From the NCBI GenBank assembly GCA_021817735.1, contig JAKAFX010000001.1, positions 1 through 51,998 of the forward strand: a stretch of DNA of 51,998 nucleotides, in the 5' to 3' direction. The notes under the pieces were generated by a model, which saw only the letters and a program-made list of their open reading frames with translations, was not told the origin of the DNA and ran no database searches. The stretch comes from Thermoplasmata archaeon (GTDB taxonomy: Archaea; Thermoplasmatota; Thermoplasmata; Thermoplasmatales; Thermoplasmataceae). The stretch's first letter is position 1. Every line of letters begins with the position of its first letter. This document shows, one piece after another, positions 37,885 through 46,327 of this stretch. Both the position numbers and the translations under genes were made by a program.

Positions 37885-40641
37885 CTATTTTTCATTTTTT
37901 GATCCAGTCCTTCCAGGTAGGAATACTCCCGATCTCAGTCTCCAGTATTCCACTACAAGGATAAGCATCAGAGCCAACGCTGAAATTCCATCATAGTTGT
38001 ATGTTATGAAATCGAAAAATCCACTCATAAAAGGTGGATGCGCGTATCTGTAAGAAATATCTACTGTGGTGTTTCCGGAGACGCTAAGTATGTAGGTTGA
38101 TGTTGCAGGGATGTAGTCTCCAGTTGATTCGGGAGAAAATACATATACTCCCATCGGAAGTTGCAGAAGCATTACTGTAGTGTTTGCAGTATAGACCCTG
38201 TTTGAGATCATTGTAGACCAGCAGTTGTCTGGGGGGATTCCCGACTCTATGATCCGAACAGCATAAAGCATGGCTGAAAAACCCACTGGTACAACTACGC
38301 CGCTGCCTTCTACCCTGAATGCGGTAGAAAACAGATGAGTCTCATACCCTTTGATACATGGTACGCTGAAATTGTAGGTTCCATTTGGGAGAGTGAAGTT
38401 AATCACTGGCAACCCTGAAATCACGATGTCTCCCGACTCGTTTATTGCCCATGGCATACCTGCGGGGAGTCCGTTCTCACAAAAAGTCACAACGTATCCC
38501 GCGGGCGGATGAACATAATAATGAATTGAGGTGTTGCATAGGTTGACATATCCTTGGGGGAGCAGCAGGTTGCTGCATACTGACATGTTGGCTGATCTGC
38601 CAATGAATACTGAGACGTTTTTCTGATGGCTCTGGGAAAAGTCAATTATATTTACTGTCTCGATAACGGCGCCACTTGCCTGGTCTTGGATAACTAAGGA
38701 TATATTAATGGGTATAGGTGATTGAAGATCAAAAACCGAGTCGCAGAGGACCCCAGATGAGGTGTTGAAAGCTGAGTTGACCCTGATTGAGACGGGGTTG
38801 CTAACCTGCACGGGGAAGGTCATGCTGGTCCTGAATCCATGTGGCGTCTCCGTAGAGGTGGTGAAATTAAGGTAAACATTGGTATTTTGAGTGTACATAT
38901 AATGTTGTATATTGACATTTACTGTAAGATAGGCCGTGACCGTTGCAAGCTCCATTACAGTCTGGTTGAAATAGCCTGCCGCAGGAATTGAAATACTCGC
39001 CGCAATAGTATATTGGAAGGCGTAGTTCCGGTTAATCCTGAAAGTGATATTGCTATTGCTGTGTGCAGTTAGATGTGTAGTAAGGAAAGATACTTGTGGA
39101 AGGGCCATAGAAAAGAGGAATGTTACATTGCAGGTTAGGGCTCCCTGTGTTGGTACAGGAAGAGGAGAAATCAGCTCAGATTTCCCAGCGATCGTAGCGT
39201 TGTAGGTCCCAAGATATGTAGTCCCCTCAGTCTCAGTCAGTGCAGTATTCGGCAAAACAATTACAGCATGGCCGTCGTGGACAAAAGGCTGAATCCCGGG
39301 CACATGCCCAAATTTCCTGTTGATCAAGTTCAACCATCCTGAGGCGCTTGATCTCAAAGTCGTATTCACAGCGCAGGACTTTACGCTAACATTGAACCCA
39401 TTCAAGGGGACCATTTCAGAGAATGCAGAAATATTGACAGTCGACGCTAAGATCGCCTGGGATCCTCCAGAGACAACGACAGGAACGCAGCTAGAGTTTC
39501 CTATTGCGCTGTAAAAAGGCCCAGAAATGTATGCGATACTACCATTCGTGAGAAGGAGGAAATCTGCCAGCGGATTTCGTAAATACGATGGGAATGTCAT
39601 CCTGCCGTTGTTAATTCCAAGGCGAGAGCAGTAGGAGACCAAGCTGGAATTATTCACCTGGATTTCATTGAATTGCAATCCCTGCCGATCAACCCAGTCC
39701 TGTGAATTTATTCTTGCAGAGAGATTCCATATAGTTGAATTGGAACCAATTCCCAAACTCATATTGTAGTACAGGGTCAGGCTGGATAAAACGGAGGACA
39801 AGTTTTCATGCATGTAGCTGAGATTAACTGAGAAGGTCAGAATCGATTTCGCGTATATTGAACCGGTATCAGGCATCTCCTGTCTTGCAAGGCTAGTACC
39901 GTTTAGCCTCACATTTATGCAATTATCACCATAGGGATTGTTTCCGCTTACCTGTATGGTAAAGGCAAGGGAATCCACGATTAGTTTTCCCCCGTACGCA
40001 GTGCTGGAAATGAATTCGATATTCTGGGGGGATGAAATTGGGTTACCGGAGGAAATTATGCATCCCGCGCTGAATCTGGTTGTTTCATTGCTGCTCGCAA
40101 GTCCCGATATGAAGGATCGAAAGAGTGATATGTTGCTGGAATGAAACATGATGGCCTCATGAGGGAATGTGGCCCCGGATGCATTTGAGATTGTTGAATT
40201 CCACATACATACATTCGTTCTTGAAAAGTTAGCATATCCGTCGATAATCAGGGAACTGTTCTTCATAAAGATGGAGGCTTTAATTCCACCCTGACCCCCG
40301 CAACTCAAGAATTGTGAGCAGCTTCCAGTACTCATTACCAGGTTTGAGTTGCAGAGCATTAGTTCCCCTCGGTTCAACAGCATCGCATCCCGTTTCTCGA
40401 ATATAACGCTGGCCCTTTGAATCCTGAGGACAGAACCGCTCGTCACGGTCAGATTGTTGAAAAGGTAACAGTAGGATCTTGTGAAGTTGTTTCCTATGGT
40501 CGAGATCGAAGTGGGAAATGGCTTGTGCTCATACGGGCCGACTTGGGATGACACTGGCGATACCGTACTGTATTGCGGGGCCGTGAACCCTGCAGGAGCT
40601 GCAAGTAGAAGTACTGAGAGAAATAGGATTATCAGTCTCAC
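37885..40641 (-). CDS. large secreted, C-terminally anchored surface glycoprotein
   Basis: Signal peptide MRLIILFLSVLLLAAPAG. C-terminal TM ISALALMLILVV plus a basic tail. About 37 N-x-S/T sequons by my manual count. The N-terminal half is rich in short N/S/G turns, suggesting a beta-helix. Confidence 0.75.
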   Translation of the reverse strand: MRLIILFLSVLLLAAPAGFTAPQYSTVSPVSSQVGPYEHKPFPTSISTIGNNFTRSYCYLFNNLTVTSGSVLRIQRASVIFEKRDAMLLNRGELMLCNSNLVMSTGSCSQFLSCGGQGGIKASIFMKNSSLIIDGYANFSRTNVCMWNSTISNASGATFPHEAIMFHSSNISLFRSFISGLASSNETTRFSAGCIISSGNPISSPQNIEFISSTAYGGKLIVDSLAFTIQVSGNNPYGDNCINVRLNGTSLARQEMPDTGSIYAKSILTFSVNLSYMHENLSSVLSSLTLYYNMSLGIGSNSTIWNLSARINSQDWVDRQGLQFNEIQVNNSSLVSYCSRLGINNGRMTFPSYLRNPLADFLLLTNGSIAYISGPFYSAIGNSSCVPVVVSGGSQAILASTVNISAFSEMVPLNGFNVSVKSCAVNTTLRSSASGWLNLINRKFGHVPGIQPFVHDGHAVIVLPNTALTETEGTTYLGTYNATIAGKSELISPLPVPTQGALTCNVTFLFSMALPQVSFLTTHLTAHSNSNITFRINRNYAFQYTIAASISIPAAGYFNQTVMELATVTAYLTVNVNIQHYMYTQNTNVYLNFTTSTETPHGFRTSMTFPVQVSNPVSIRVNSAFNTSSGVLCDSVFDLQSPIPINISLVIQDQASGAVIETVNIIDFSQSHQKNVSVFIGRSANMSVCSNLLLPQGYVNLCNTSIHYYVHPPAGYVVTFCENGLPAGMPWAINESGDIVISGLPVINFTLPNGTYNFSVPCIKGYETHLFSTAFRVEGSGVVVPVGFSAMLYAVRIIESGIPPDNCWSTMISNRVYTANTTVMLLQLPMGVYVFSPESTGDYIPATSTYILSVSGNTTVDISYRYAHPPFMSGFFDFITYNYDGISALALMLILVVEYWRLRSGVFLPGRTGSKNEK
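38050..38496 (-). repeat. two C-terminal modules of the same type as in the 633-aa surface protein
   Basis: YVVTFCENGLPAGMPWAI...LPNGTYNFSV...FRVEG and YAVRIIESGIPPDNCWST...PMGVYVFSP...ILSVSGNTTVDISY. Confidence 0.55.
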
Positions 40642-40741
40642 TGAAAGTGATTATTACGATATAGAAATAGTGACGGAGTACATATTTAGCATAATTCCAA
40701 TTAGTGCACAAATTATACTTATACCGATTATGGTATTTCGC

Positions 40742-41782
40742 CTACATGAGTGACTTTATCTTTTCCTCCATCTGCCTCCAGGTCTTACTGTGTTCCTTCA
40801 GGTAGCGCATGTCTCCGCTGTTAATCCTCAGTTTGAGCGGTTCTGATTCTGAATTGAACCGCTCGTATTCACGGAAAACGAGGGATTCCAGAAATGAATC
40901 GGCTAGCCTGACATAACGATTTTCCCCATCACTTCTGTACTTCCGGAGGTACAATTGTGACAGAACAAATGCAGCCATGAGATGAACCTGCACCGCTATC
41001 CTCCTGGGAAATCTTTCCAACCGAATTCTTTCCAGCACATCACGAAGGGAGAAGTTGCAGGCAATCATTGAATCCCTGTATCGAAGAAGTGAGCTGTTGA
41101 TTCTCAGCGATCGGGTGCGTGATCGGTGTTTCTCGGTTGACGTTCCCGTTGAGTAGAGATATGACCGAGGAAAATCTCCTTGTTCCACAGGGATAAAGAC
41201 AATGCCAAATGTCCGGCTGATCCTGGCCAGGAAATCGGTATCCCAACATACCCTGAGCCCTTTCCATCCTCCCGTTTCCTCAAGAATCTTTCTAGGATAA
41301 ACAGAGATAGCCGAATATAGGACCTTTTTCTCCCTGCTCTTGATGAACCTGTCTATTACGTCTGCCCAGGAAGGAGAATAAATCTTCTCCGGTGAGAATG
41401 TAACTATATAGTTTCCAGTGCTCTCTGCGACGCACCTTTGAAGATCCAGGCCATAGATTCCAGATGACTCTATTACTGTAAGATCATCATATTTCCTTAC
41501 CAGATCATTAAGTTCCATTGCAACTCTCGGGTTGTCGAGATGAGATACAATCATTATTTCACGGGGAATTCCAATCTCGTCAGCTATATCATCCATGCAG
41601 ATTATGGACTTTTCAATGCCAGTAACGTTGTTGGGCACGATCCCTATGAAAGTAAGTTTCCGTTTCTTCTCCTCCTCTGGCGAAAAGAAGAAAGGCTCGC
41701 CCATAAACTGCACAGGGATTGTCAAATCCACATCAGTGATAACAAAGAAAACGTCTTTGATAAATCTTCTGACATTTCCCAA
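40742..41782 (-). CDS. hypothetical protein with a degenerate GT2-like N-terminal half
   Basis: The order FIGIVPNN...IMIVSHLDNP...STGNYIVTFSPEK...GGW...WDTDF mirrors a GT-A fold, but the DD and DxD acidic motifs are not conserved. The C-terminal ~130 aa are helical and Arg-rich. Confidence 0.4.
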   Translation of the reverse strand: MGNVRRFIKDVFFVITDVDLTIPVQFMGEPFFFSPEEEKKRKLTFIGIVPNNVTGIEKSIICMDDIADEIGIPREIMIVSHLDNPRVAMELNDLVRKYDDLTVIESSGIYGLDLQRCVAESTGNYIVTFSPEKIYSPSWADVIDRFIKSREKKVLYSAISVYPRKILEETGGWKGLRVCWDTDFLARISRTFGIVFIPVEQGDFPRSYLYSTGTSTEKHRSRTRSLRINSSLLRYRDSMIACNFSLRDVLERIRLERFPRRIAVQVHLMAAFVLSQLYLRKYRSDGENRYVRLADSFLESLVFREYERFNSESEPLKLRINSGDMRYLKEHSKTWRQMEEKIKSLM

Positions 41783-41903
41783 AAACTTGAATGACTTGGT
41801 TTCCCCATATCGGGAGGTAAAATATCTAAAGCCTCCATTTGTGAATTGCCCTTCATGGTACTTCCAAAATGCATGAAGTCAGAGAGACAAGTAGCAACGC
41901 TTG

Positions 41904-42248
41904 CTAATCGAATATTTTCTTGGGATCGAAATCGCGCTGTAATTCATGCCAGCCACAAAATTGCATGGCCTGCAATGCAGTAATCTGAAATAACCCGTTA
42001 TATTGCCATAATACGCCCGCATCCCGAGCGCATCTCAAGCAGTACTCCTCGTCCGGCGACATAACCGGGCATATGAATGTAGTTCTGCGTGCTTCAAACG
42101 AGAAATCTGTTTCAACCAATGCGGTGAAGTTACGTGTTATATTTGCGAGTAAGTTGTCAAACCAGTCATGCATATTGAATCGAGCAGTCCTGCCATGGTT
42201 GCGTCGATTCAGGTGGAAAATACTGGGTGCAGGCAAAATAGATGACAT
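41904..42248 (-). CDS. hypothetical protein (114 aa), possibly a gene remnant
   Basis: ORF only. No motif recognised. Borders a 0.4 kb gene-poor stretch. Confidence 0.3.
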   Translation of the reverse strand: MSSILPAPSIFHLNRRNHGRTARFNMHDWFDNLLANITRNFTALVETDFSFEARRTTFICPVMSPDEEYCLRCARDAGVLWQYNGLFQITALQAMQFCGWHELQRDFDPKKIFD

Positions 42249-42655
42249 TGATTCTAACCGTACATCACTAAGGGGTATTCGCTTTCGAGACGCTTATTAG
42301 ACTGCTGGAGTGAGGGATAGCTGCCTCCAAATCTATTTCTTGTTTTCCTTAGATCGGCGAGCATACTGCAATTCTTTGAGTAACTATCCCAGTGAAACGG
42401 ATCTGCTAGTTATTGCACCATGTAGTCCTTCAGCCTCAGATTGAAGTAGGAGATTAAAGACTGTTTGTTTCCTTTACTGTGGCCAACGAATAATGTTGCA
42501 GCATTACAAAGGAATGTGGAGGGTCAAGATCAATGTCAACATCGGTCACAAACTGTTCCAGCAGTATGGAAAGATAGGAGTATCGTCGCTCTCCCAGTAA
42601 GATCGTGACCTGAACTCATCCAAAAAAGCATTAATATTAACCGAGTCTCATTCAC

Positions 42656-43165
42656 ATGCTCATAATGGTCTTAGATCCTTCGACCATAAGCTACTTTGCT
42701 GTAGTTGTGGCACTTGGAATCATGCTGGGAATTCTTGTGTTTGTATCCTATGTCATCATACCATTCATCACGAGTTCTGCACAGAAGAAGATCAGAATAG
42801 ACTCTGGTCTACTGCTGGGAAGAGGGCTTGTTTTGGTGCGTACGTTTGGTATAGCTGCAATATTATTCTCAATCCTTTCGGTATTGCTCAGTTCTTGGGA
42901 TGTTTCTCCCAGTTTGTCTTCATTACTGACAAGTCTTTATCCAGTTTCATATGCACTGCTTGTATTCTATGTGATTCTGTTTGAAGGTGTGGTGTTCCCC
43001 AGTACCACGCGTTTTTCGCACGTTGCACAGTACCAGATCAATTCCGCTTACGAGAAATCTTATCCACACTTCATACTTGGAGAAAGAATGCTCAAAAGAA
43101 TTCACATAATCAGCATTACAGTCTCTGCTATCATGTTATTCGGAGTATTGGTTTATATCGTTTAA
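42656..43165 (+). CDS. small integral membrane protein (about 4 TM)
   Basis: Hydrophobic segments ISYFAVVVALGIMLGILVFVSYVII, LVLVRTFGIAAILFSILSVLL, LYPVSYALLVFYVILFEGVVF and IHIISITVSAIMLFGVLVYIV. Confidence 0.6.
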   Translation: MLIMVLDPSTISYFAVVVALGIMLGILVFVSYVIIPFITSSAQKKIRIDSGLLLGRGLVLVRTFGIAAILFSILSVLLSSWDVSPSLSSLLTSLYPVSYALLVFYVILFEGVVFPSTTRFSHVAQYQINSAYEKSYPHFILGERMLKRIHIISITVSAIMLFGVLVYIV

Positions 43166-43262
43166 GGCCTCTGAAAGAGGATTCTACTGCCATCTCCATC
43201 CCCCGGGTTAAAGGCTATCCACAAACTCGACAGTTAAGCCTGAAGGTGATTCTTATCAAAAG

Positions 43263-43270
43263 TCTATTTA
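43263..43270 (+). promoter_or_regulatory. TATA-like box upstream of the kinase gene
   Basis: TCTATTTA centred about 28 nt upstream of TTG 43295, consistent with a leaderless transcript starting at the TTG. Confidence 0.3.
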
Positions 43271-43294
43271 GCAGAGACCTCATCTCATTTTGCA

Positions 43295-44686
43295 TTGTCC
43301 AGAGGATCAAAGGACGCAAAATCAAGGAAGAGCACAATTGAGCCAGAGGAGATCGAGGTCTCATACAACGGGCAGCAGAAAGGGGGTTTAGGCACATTCA
43401 CCATTTCACTGCCGCCAATGGTGGGGCTAAAGAGAGTAGATATTGCAATGATTTCAAGCAGCGGGTTCGAGAAGCTGGCAAGGGTGACAATGCGAAGTGA
43501 TGGCAGGTATCATCTCGAAACGAGGCTAGACGGAGCCGGTGAATATTCAGCCTCAGTAGCCGTATACGGCTCGACAGGAGTCGTGATCAAACCTTTCTCG
43601 TTTAAGGTGGAATCTATCAGAACTCAGCCCGAAGAAAGGAAAAAGAGAGATTCAAAACCGTCGAAGCCAAGTAAACAGCCCAAGGTGCCGCGGCAAGCGA
43701 AAATATCAAGGACTCCAGGCAAGATCGCTGGTATTCCGGATCCTCCTAAGCCGCCCAAGGAGATAATGGAATCTCAGTCGAGGATCTGGCCGATCTCATC
43801 CAATTATTCCCAGGCGCTTCAAAACCTGAAATTCTCAATCTCTTCCCAATATCCTCATCTGCTCAATGCAAAACTTGAGCCGAATCCAAACGTCAGGATG
43901 AAGTCTTACGTCTATGGCTCAGGGAATTTCGGAACAGTGTTCAAAGCCTCGCTCGATGGCAAATACTGGGCTCTGAAGCTTTTCACCAGGGCTTCTCCGG
44001 ACATAGCTGAGCGTTATTTTTACATAAGCTGGTTTCTCTCTCAAGTTAAACACCCTTTCCTCGTGAATTTCAACTACTATCCTTCTGCAGTCAGAGTCAT
44101 GAACAAGCCCAGTGAATATTTCCCAATGCTTGCCCTGGAATGGGTTGAGGGCATCACCCTTAACCAGTTCATAAACCGGAACCTGGGAAACAGGGCAATG
44201 ATCGAGAAGGCTGCCAAGTCTTTTCTGGATGGAGTTATGAGCCTTCAAGGATCAGGAATAGCTCATGGAGATCTTTCGGGAGACAATATCATAGTCTCAC
44301 CCAGTGGTGACATCACGTTCATTGACTATGATGGGATGTTTGTTCCCCCCCTTAAGGGTAAGTCATCATCCGAAAAAGGGCATGAACACTTCCAGCACCC
44401 TAAGAGGGGAGATGAATTCAATCTTGCAATGGATAATTTTTCAACCCTGGTAATCTACCTGTCTCTTATTGCAGTTGCCGAGGACAGGAGAATCTGGAAC
44501 TACAATGACGGGGATTCGGACAGGCTCATTTTTCAAGCCTCGGACTTCTTGAATCCGGACAAATCAAGAGTTTTCTCCGACTTGTCAAAGCAGAGCAAGA
44601 AAATAAGGATAAACACTGAACTTCTGGCTGATTTCTGCAGGCATGACTCGCAGTGGAAGTCATTTTCATTGAGCCAGATCACGTAG
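43295..44686 (+). CDS. Ser/Thr protein kinase (Hanks-type) with an N-terminal beta-rich domain and a Lys/Pro-rich linker
   Basis: G-loop GSGNFGTVF, Lys in YWALKLF, catalytic loop IAHGDLSGDNIIV, FIDYDG at the DFG position. Linker KPSKPSKQPKVPRQAK...PDPPKPPKE. The start may be TTG 43295 or a later ATG. Confidence 0.85.
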   Translation: MSRGSKDAKSRKSTIEPEEIEVSYNGQQKGGLGTFTISLPPMVGLKRVDIAMISSSGFEKLARVTMRSDGRYHLETRLDGAGEYSASVAVYGSTGVVIKPFSFKVESIRTQPEERKKRDSKPSKPSKQPKVPRQAKISRTPGKIAGIPDPPKPPKEIMESQSRIWPISSNYSQALQNLKFSISSQYPHLLNAKLEPNPNVRMKSYVYGSGNFGTVFKASLDGKYWALKLFTRASPDIAERYFYISWFLSQVKHPFLVNFNYYPSAVRVMNKPSEYFPMLALEWVEGITLNQFINRNLGNRAMIEKAAKSFLDGVMSLQGSGIAHGDLSGDNIIVSPSGDITFIDYDGMFVPPLKGKSSSEKGHEHFQHPKRGDEFNLAMDNFSTLVIYLSLIAVAEDRRIWNYNDGDSDRLIFQASDFLNPDKSRVFSDLSKQSKKIRINTELLADFCRHDSQWKSFSLSQIT

Positions 44687-45398
44687 TCGTAATGTGGAGG
44701 AACGTTAGATCGTCATTCCGCATTTTTTTCATAGAAATTTCCCCTGAAAAAAGTTCCAGGGTGTTCCCATCGATAATATGATCCCATGATTCAGGGTAAT
44801 ACTCGATTATCCATTTTGAGACTGAATCTGTTGCAAGCACAAAATCAACCGACGCAGAGGTGAAACTCATCGACTTGAAGTCCGGTTTTCTCCACTTGAA
44901 TTCCTTGGAAAACGGGGAACCATAGCCGCTCCATATAAGTTTGGGGGATATGTTAAAATCTTCCGGCCGGGACAGCGGAAAAGAATCAAGGGCGCCGTTG
45001 TCATTCCTCAAAAAGCAACTATCGCCCACTGAAACCACACGGAATTCAATGGCATCTCCCGAATCCCTGCCCTCTAGAGCAGTGAAGGTGGAAAAGGAAC
45101 CGTTAATCGCCTTATTTTTCACAAACAACTTCAGTTGGTCCCACTTGATTTCTTCGTACCACCTATCCCTGGCTGTTCTCACGAGTTGCTCTATGAAGGC
45201 ACCGTCATCAAAGAGAGATAGGTTTGACTGCACATAGGATTCCACAAGGGCCCTGGCCCATACTCCAGAGAATATGGAATCACTGGCCCCATCCGCAACG
45301 GCAAACTTCATCCTGCCGGAGTCAAATAGTAGGTAATCTTCATTCTCCTCAGGCTTGTTGCCCAGCTTTGGCGCAGTGAATTCCCTTACTCTAATCAT
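44679..45398 (-). CDS. PP2C-family protein phosphatase (PP2C_2 type)
   Basis: NEDYLLF, FAVADGASDS, VSVGDSCF, VLATDS, RNDDLTFLHI. The ATG overlaps the vWA stop (ATGA). Confidence 0.8.
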   Translation of the reverse strand: MIRVREFTAPKLGNKPEENEDYLLFDSGRMKFAVADGASDSIFSGVWARALVESYVQSNLSLFDDGAFIEQLVRTARDRWYEEIKWDQLKLFVKNKAINGSFSTFTALEGRDSGDAIEFRVVSVGDSCFLRNDNGALDSFPLSRPEDFNISPKLIWSGYGSPFSKEFKWRKPDFKSMSFTSASVDFVLATDSVSKWIIEYYPESWDHIIDGNTLELFSGEISMKKMRNDDLTFLHITTT

Positions 45399-46219
45399 CT
45401 CATCAGCGAAGAGATTGCTCTGGTTCCTATATCCAGCAGTTTTATGAGATCCTCTAGCTGAGCGTTGAACACATAGCCCCTGGCGCCCTGCTCAATATCC
45501 TTGTACTCTTCCTTGGCTATGGCGACCATGGAATCTGGAAGTTCGCTTGACATTTCGAACATCTTGCGTGCATACTTATCCTCAGGAAGCTTAGACTCTG
45601 AGGAAGGGTATGAGACAGGAGTTACCCTTGACTCCGAGAGATGGCAGTTCCATACTTGCGCATTCCCGTCGTATGTTGCGAGCTCCTTTATGTCATTGAC
45701 TACTGCAGAGGGATCCCCATCAGTGGCCTCTCCGTCACTTATGTTGATTATCACAGGGGGATACGAATTCATGTGCGAGTTGATCCACGAACTTATCCAT
45801 TCCTTGGCCATGGTGAACCCCTTCACCATTGGAGTGTCGCTTGCAGCTACCGGGTCAAACCATACAGGAAAATCAAAATCAATCTCCTCCCCCTCTATGA
45901 TCTGTTTTCTCTTCTCGACTTTCAGTATTCTTGTCTCAAGTTCAGATATGGGTACAATCTGCGAATCCTTCAGCAGTGACGTGGCGGTGTCTCTGGCAAC
46001 TCCATATCCGATGATCCCAATCTCGAAATAATTCCTTACCCCTTCAGATTTTGTGCATCGGTTGAGAAGCTCGTTCAGCTGCTTGTTGATAGCATCGGAG
46101 GCCTCAATGGCCTTTGACTTGGAACCTCCACCGATCTTGTGACTCATCGACCTGGACTGATCTACCAGGAAAACAAACAGTCCCGGGTTGTTCCTGCTTA
46201 TCTCGGCTGAGTATGGCAT
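45395..46219 (-). CDS. von Willebrand factor A domain protein, TerY/YegL type
   Basis: MIDAS DxSxS in FVFLVDQSRSMS, IGIIGYG, WFDPVA...TPM, PPVIINISDGEATDG, CHLS. Confidence 0.82.
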   Translation of the reverse strand: MPYSAEISRNNPGLFVFLVDQSRSMSHKIGGGSKSKAIEASDAINKQLNELLNRCTKSEGVRNYFEIGIIGYGVARDTATSLLKDSQIVPISELETRILKVEKRKQIIEGEEIDFDFPVWFDPVAASDTPMVKGFTMAKEWISSWINSHMNSYPPVIINISDGEATDGDPSAVVNDIKELATYDGNAQVWNCHLSESRVTPVSYPSSESKLPEDKYARKMFEMSSELPDSMVAIAKEEYKDIEQGARGYVFNAQLEDLIKLLDIGTRAISSLMR

Positions 46220-46237
46220 ACTGAGTAATTGCTGACC

Positions 46238-46250
46238 GTATATAATATAC
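46238..46250 (-). promoter_or_regulatory. TATA-like box for the vWA-PP2C operon (leaderless spacing)
   Basis: GTATATTATATAC on the minus strand, centred about 25 nt upstream of ATG 46219. Confidence 0.4.
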
Positions 46251-46295
46251 TTTTAGTGGTTGACCCCAGCCAAACACGTGCAACGGCAGCAAATT

Positions 46296-46320
46296 CAAGC
46301 GCCATTTCCCGCAGCGCTTG
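46296..46320 (-). terminator. 7-bp perfect hairpin just downstream of the radical SAM gene
   Basis: CAAGCGC-(11 nt)-GCGCTTG, 8-32 nt past the stop at 46328. There is no strong T-tract, so a terminator function is uncertain. Confidence 0.3.
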
Positions 46321-46327
46321 CATTCTA

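Noticed and set aside
42454-42615. 53-codon open frame on the minus strand that reads like a protein fragment.
   Set aside because: It has no ATG, GTG or TTG at its 5' end and falls below any reasonable gene threshold. It is kept only as a possible pseudogene remnant in a finding, not as a feature.
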